Below, piece by piece: positions 63,001-64,000 of a stretch of 64,000 bases of DNA. Source of the stretch: Ophelia neglecta (Eukaryota); NCBI GenBank assembly GCA_965285935.1, contig OZ260663.1, positions 72,354,001 to 72,418,000 on the forward strand, given 5' to 3'. The position numbers and the translations under genes were made by a program. Each line of letters begins with the position of its first letter. Position 1 is the first letter of the stretch. The notes under the pieces are model-generated. The model did no database searches. It had not been told where the DNA came from and saw nothing but the letters and a program-made list of their open reading frames with translations.

Positions 63001-64000
63001 AGTAAACTTAACCATCTTGTATAGAAACGAGTATTCGCAGTCATCGGCAAACTTCCTATTGGAAACAATATTGCATTCATCAAATGAACAACCAAATTGC
63101 CCGATATTCCTTTGGATAAAAACAAATGTGTTTTAGACTTCTGCAGTATGTCTTTTCACGGTTAAAAAAAGTCTGGTGCAAATCAGAATAAGAAAGAATC
63201 CTCCCATGTTTATTTATTACACTAGAAATAACGTACGTGTTATTCTAGTTGACGATGCATAACGAGCGAATTTTCTGGCCTATCAGTTGGTGCGTAAATA
63301 TCAGGTTGGTTGGTCATCGACTTTATCCTGTGATAAATCACAGCGGCCGGGGCGTCATGGGAACACTCGGTTACCCCCGACGTCGAATGGTTCATGCAAA
63401 TCTCATATTCGGTGTCAAAGTGTGTAGATAATCGAATTGCATTTTGTGGACGGAGGCCCTCTCAGAAGCTACGGGAAGTGCTTGCCATTCAATGAAGACC
63501 ACTAAAGAATCATCAATCTTCAAGCTAAACTTTCACATTGCCTCTAAAGGGCCCGATTGAGTTATATTGCTGGTGGTCAGACGTCAAATTGAGTCCGCTG
63601 ATGACATTAGGTCTACCGAATAATGAAGTTATGCAAGGGAAGTGACTATAGGTGTCTTCATTGTTACAAGTTTGGAGGGGATGAACGTAGGGCAAGCCCT
63701 ACCTACAGTATATTACTGTTTTCTTGCTTTGGGCCCTTGGGGAGTGCTGAGGGCCGTTTTTAGCTATAAAAATACACATATCGCGGGAAATAGCCCTCCC
63801 TTCCTATTTTAAAGCAAGATGGCAGAGATGTTCTTAAATTCGCCATGATTCTGAAAACGGAACTGCTCGGAATGGACCTCCAAATTTCTTGTAGTCGCTG
63901 TGTTATGAATGTTTCTGTCAATCTCGGAGAATTCCCCCGGCCCACTGACCCTGTACTTACCAGTTATAAAACCATTGGTAAATGTGCCTAGGTCTCAGGG

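Noticed and set aside
3389-63710. Dispersed TACAGTA/TACTGTA as Tc1-type excision footprints
   Set aside because: About 11 copies noticed, which is no more than the rough chance expectation for two AT-rich 7-mers in 64 kb.
26694-63945. Numerous 60-117 aa ORFs in the supplied track
   Set aside because: Lengths and compositions match chance ORFs, many use alternative starts irrelevant in an animal genome, and none shows a recognisable domain.
63985-64000. miR-125-like sequence (CCCTGAGACC on the minus strand); also partial miR-33-like (about 57097) and miR-281-like (about 33200) matches
   Set aside because: The matches are short or have a broken seed, diverge immediately afterwards, and show no precursor hairpin.

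Overview
Eukaryotic (animal) genomic DNA, AT-rich and most likely from a mollusc or other lophotrochozoan, judged from the SINE and MITE types. There are no prokaryotic operons, CRISPR arrays, rRNA or intact tRNA genes, and almost all ORFs in the supplied track are chance ORFs. The one well-supported gene is a 13-exon plus-strand gene that I assembled by hand from GT-AG boundaries with matching phases: join(6260..6323,12683..12833,21228..21295,21436..21516,21694..21867,22079..22188,22303..22411,23356..23599,23750..23889,24035..24181,24480..24577,24745..24856,25411..25661). It is 1749 nt and encodes 582 aa. The product is an uncharacterised cysteine-rich cell-surface protein: signal peptide, four Cys-rich domains (recalled from memory as the DUF7044-DUF7042-DUF7043-DUF7042 invertebrate family), an acidic stalk and a hydrophobic GPI-signal-like tail. 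Sequence motifs and intron phases both indicate it arose by duplication of a two-domain A-B module. Intron 2 carries about 42 copies of a 33-bp G-rich minisatellite, which produces the two longest (spurious) ORFs. The remaining ~38 kb has no recognisable coding gene. It contains a near full-length tRNA-derived SINE, several MITEs, isolated exon-like segments, and many copies of the palindrome TAGGCCTA, which is over-represented window-wide. I did not find a convincing new multi-gene system.
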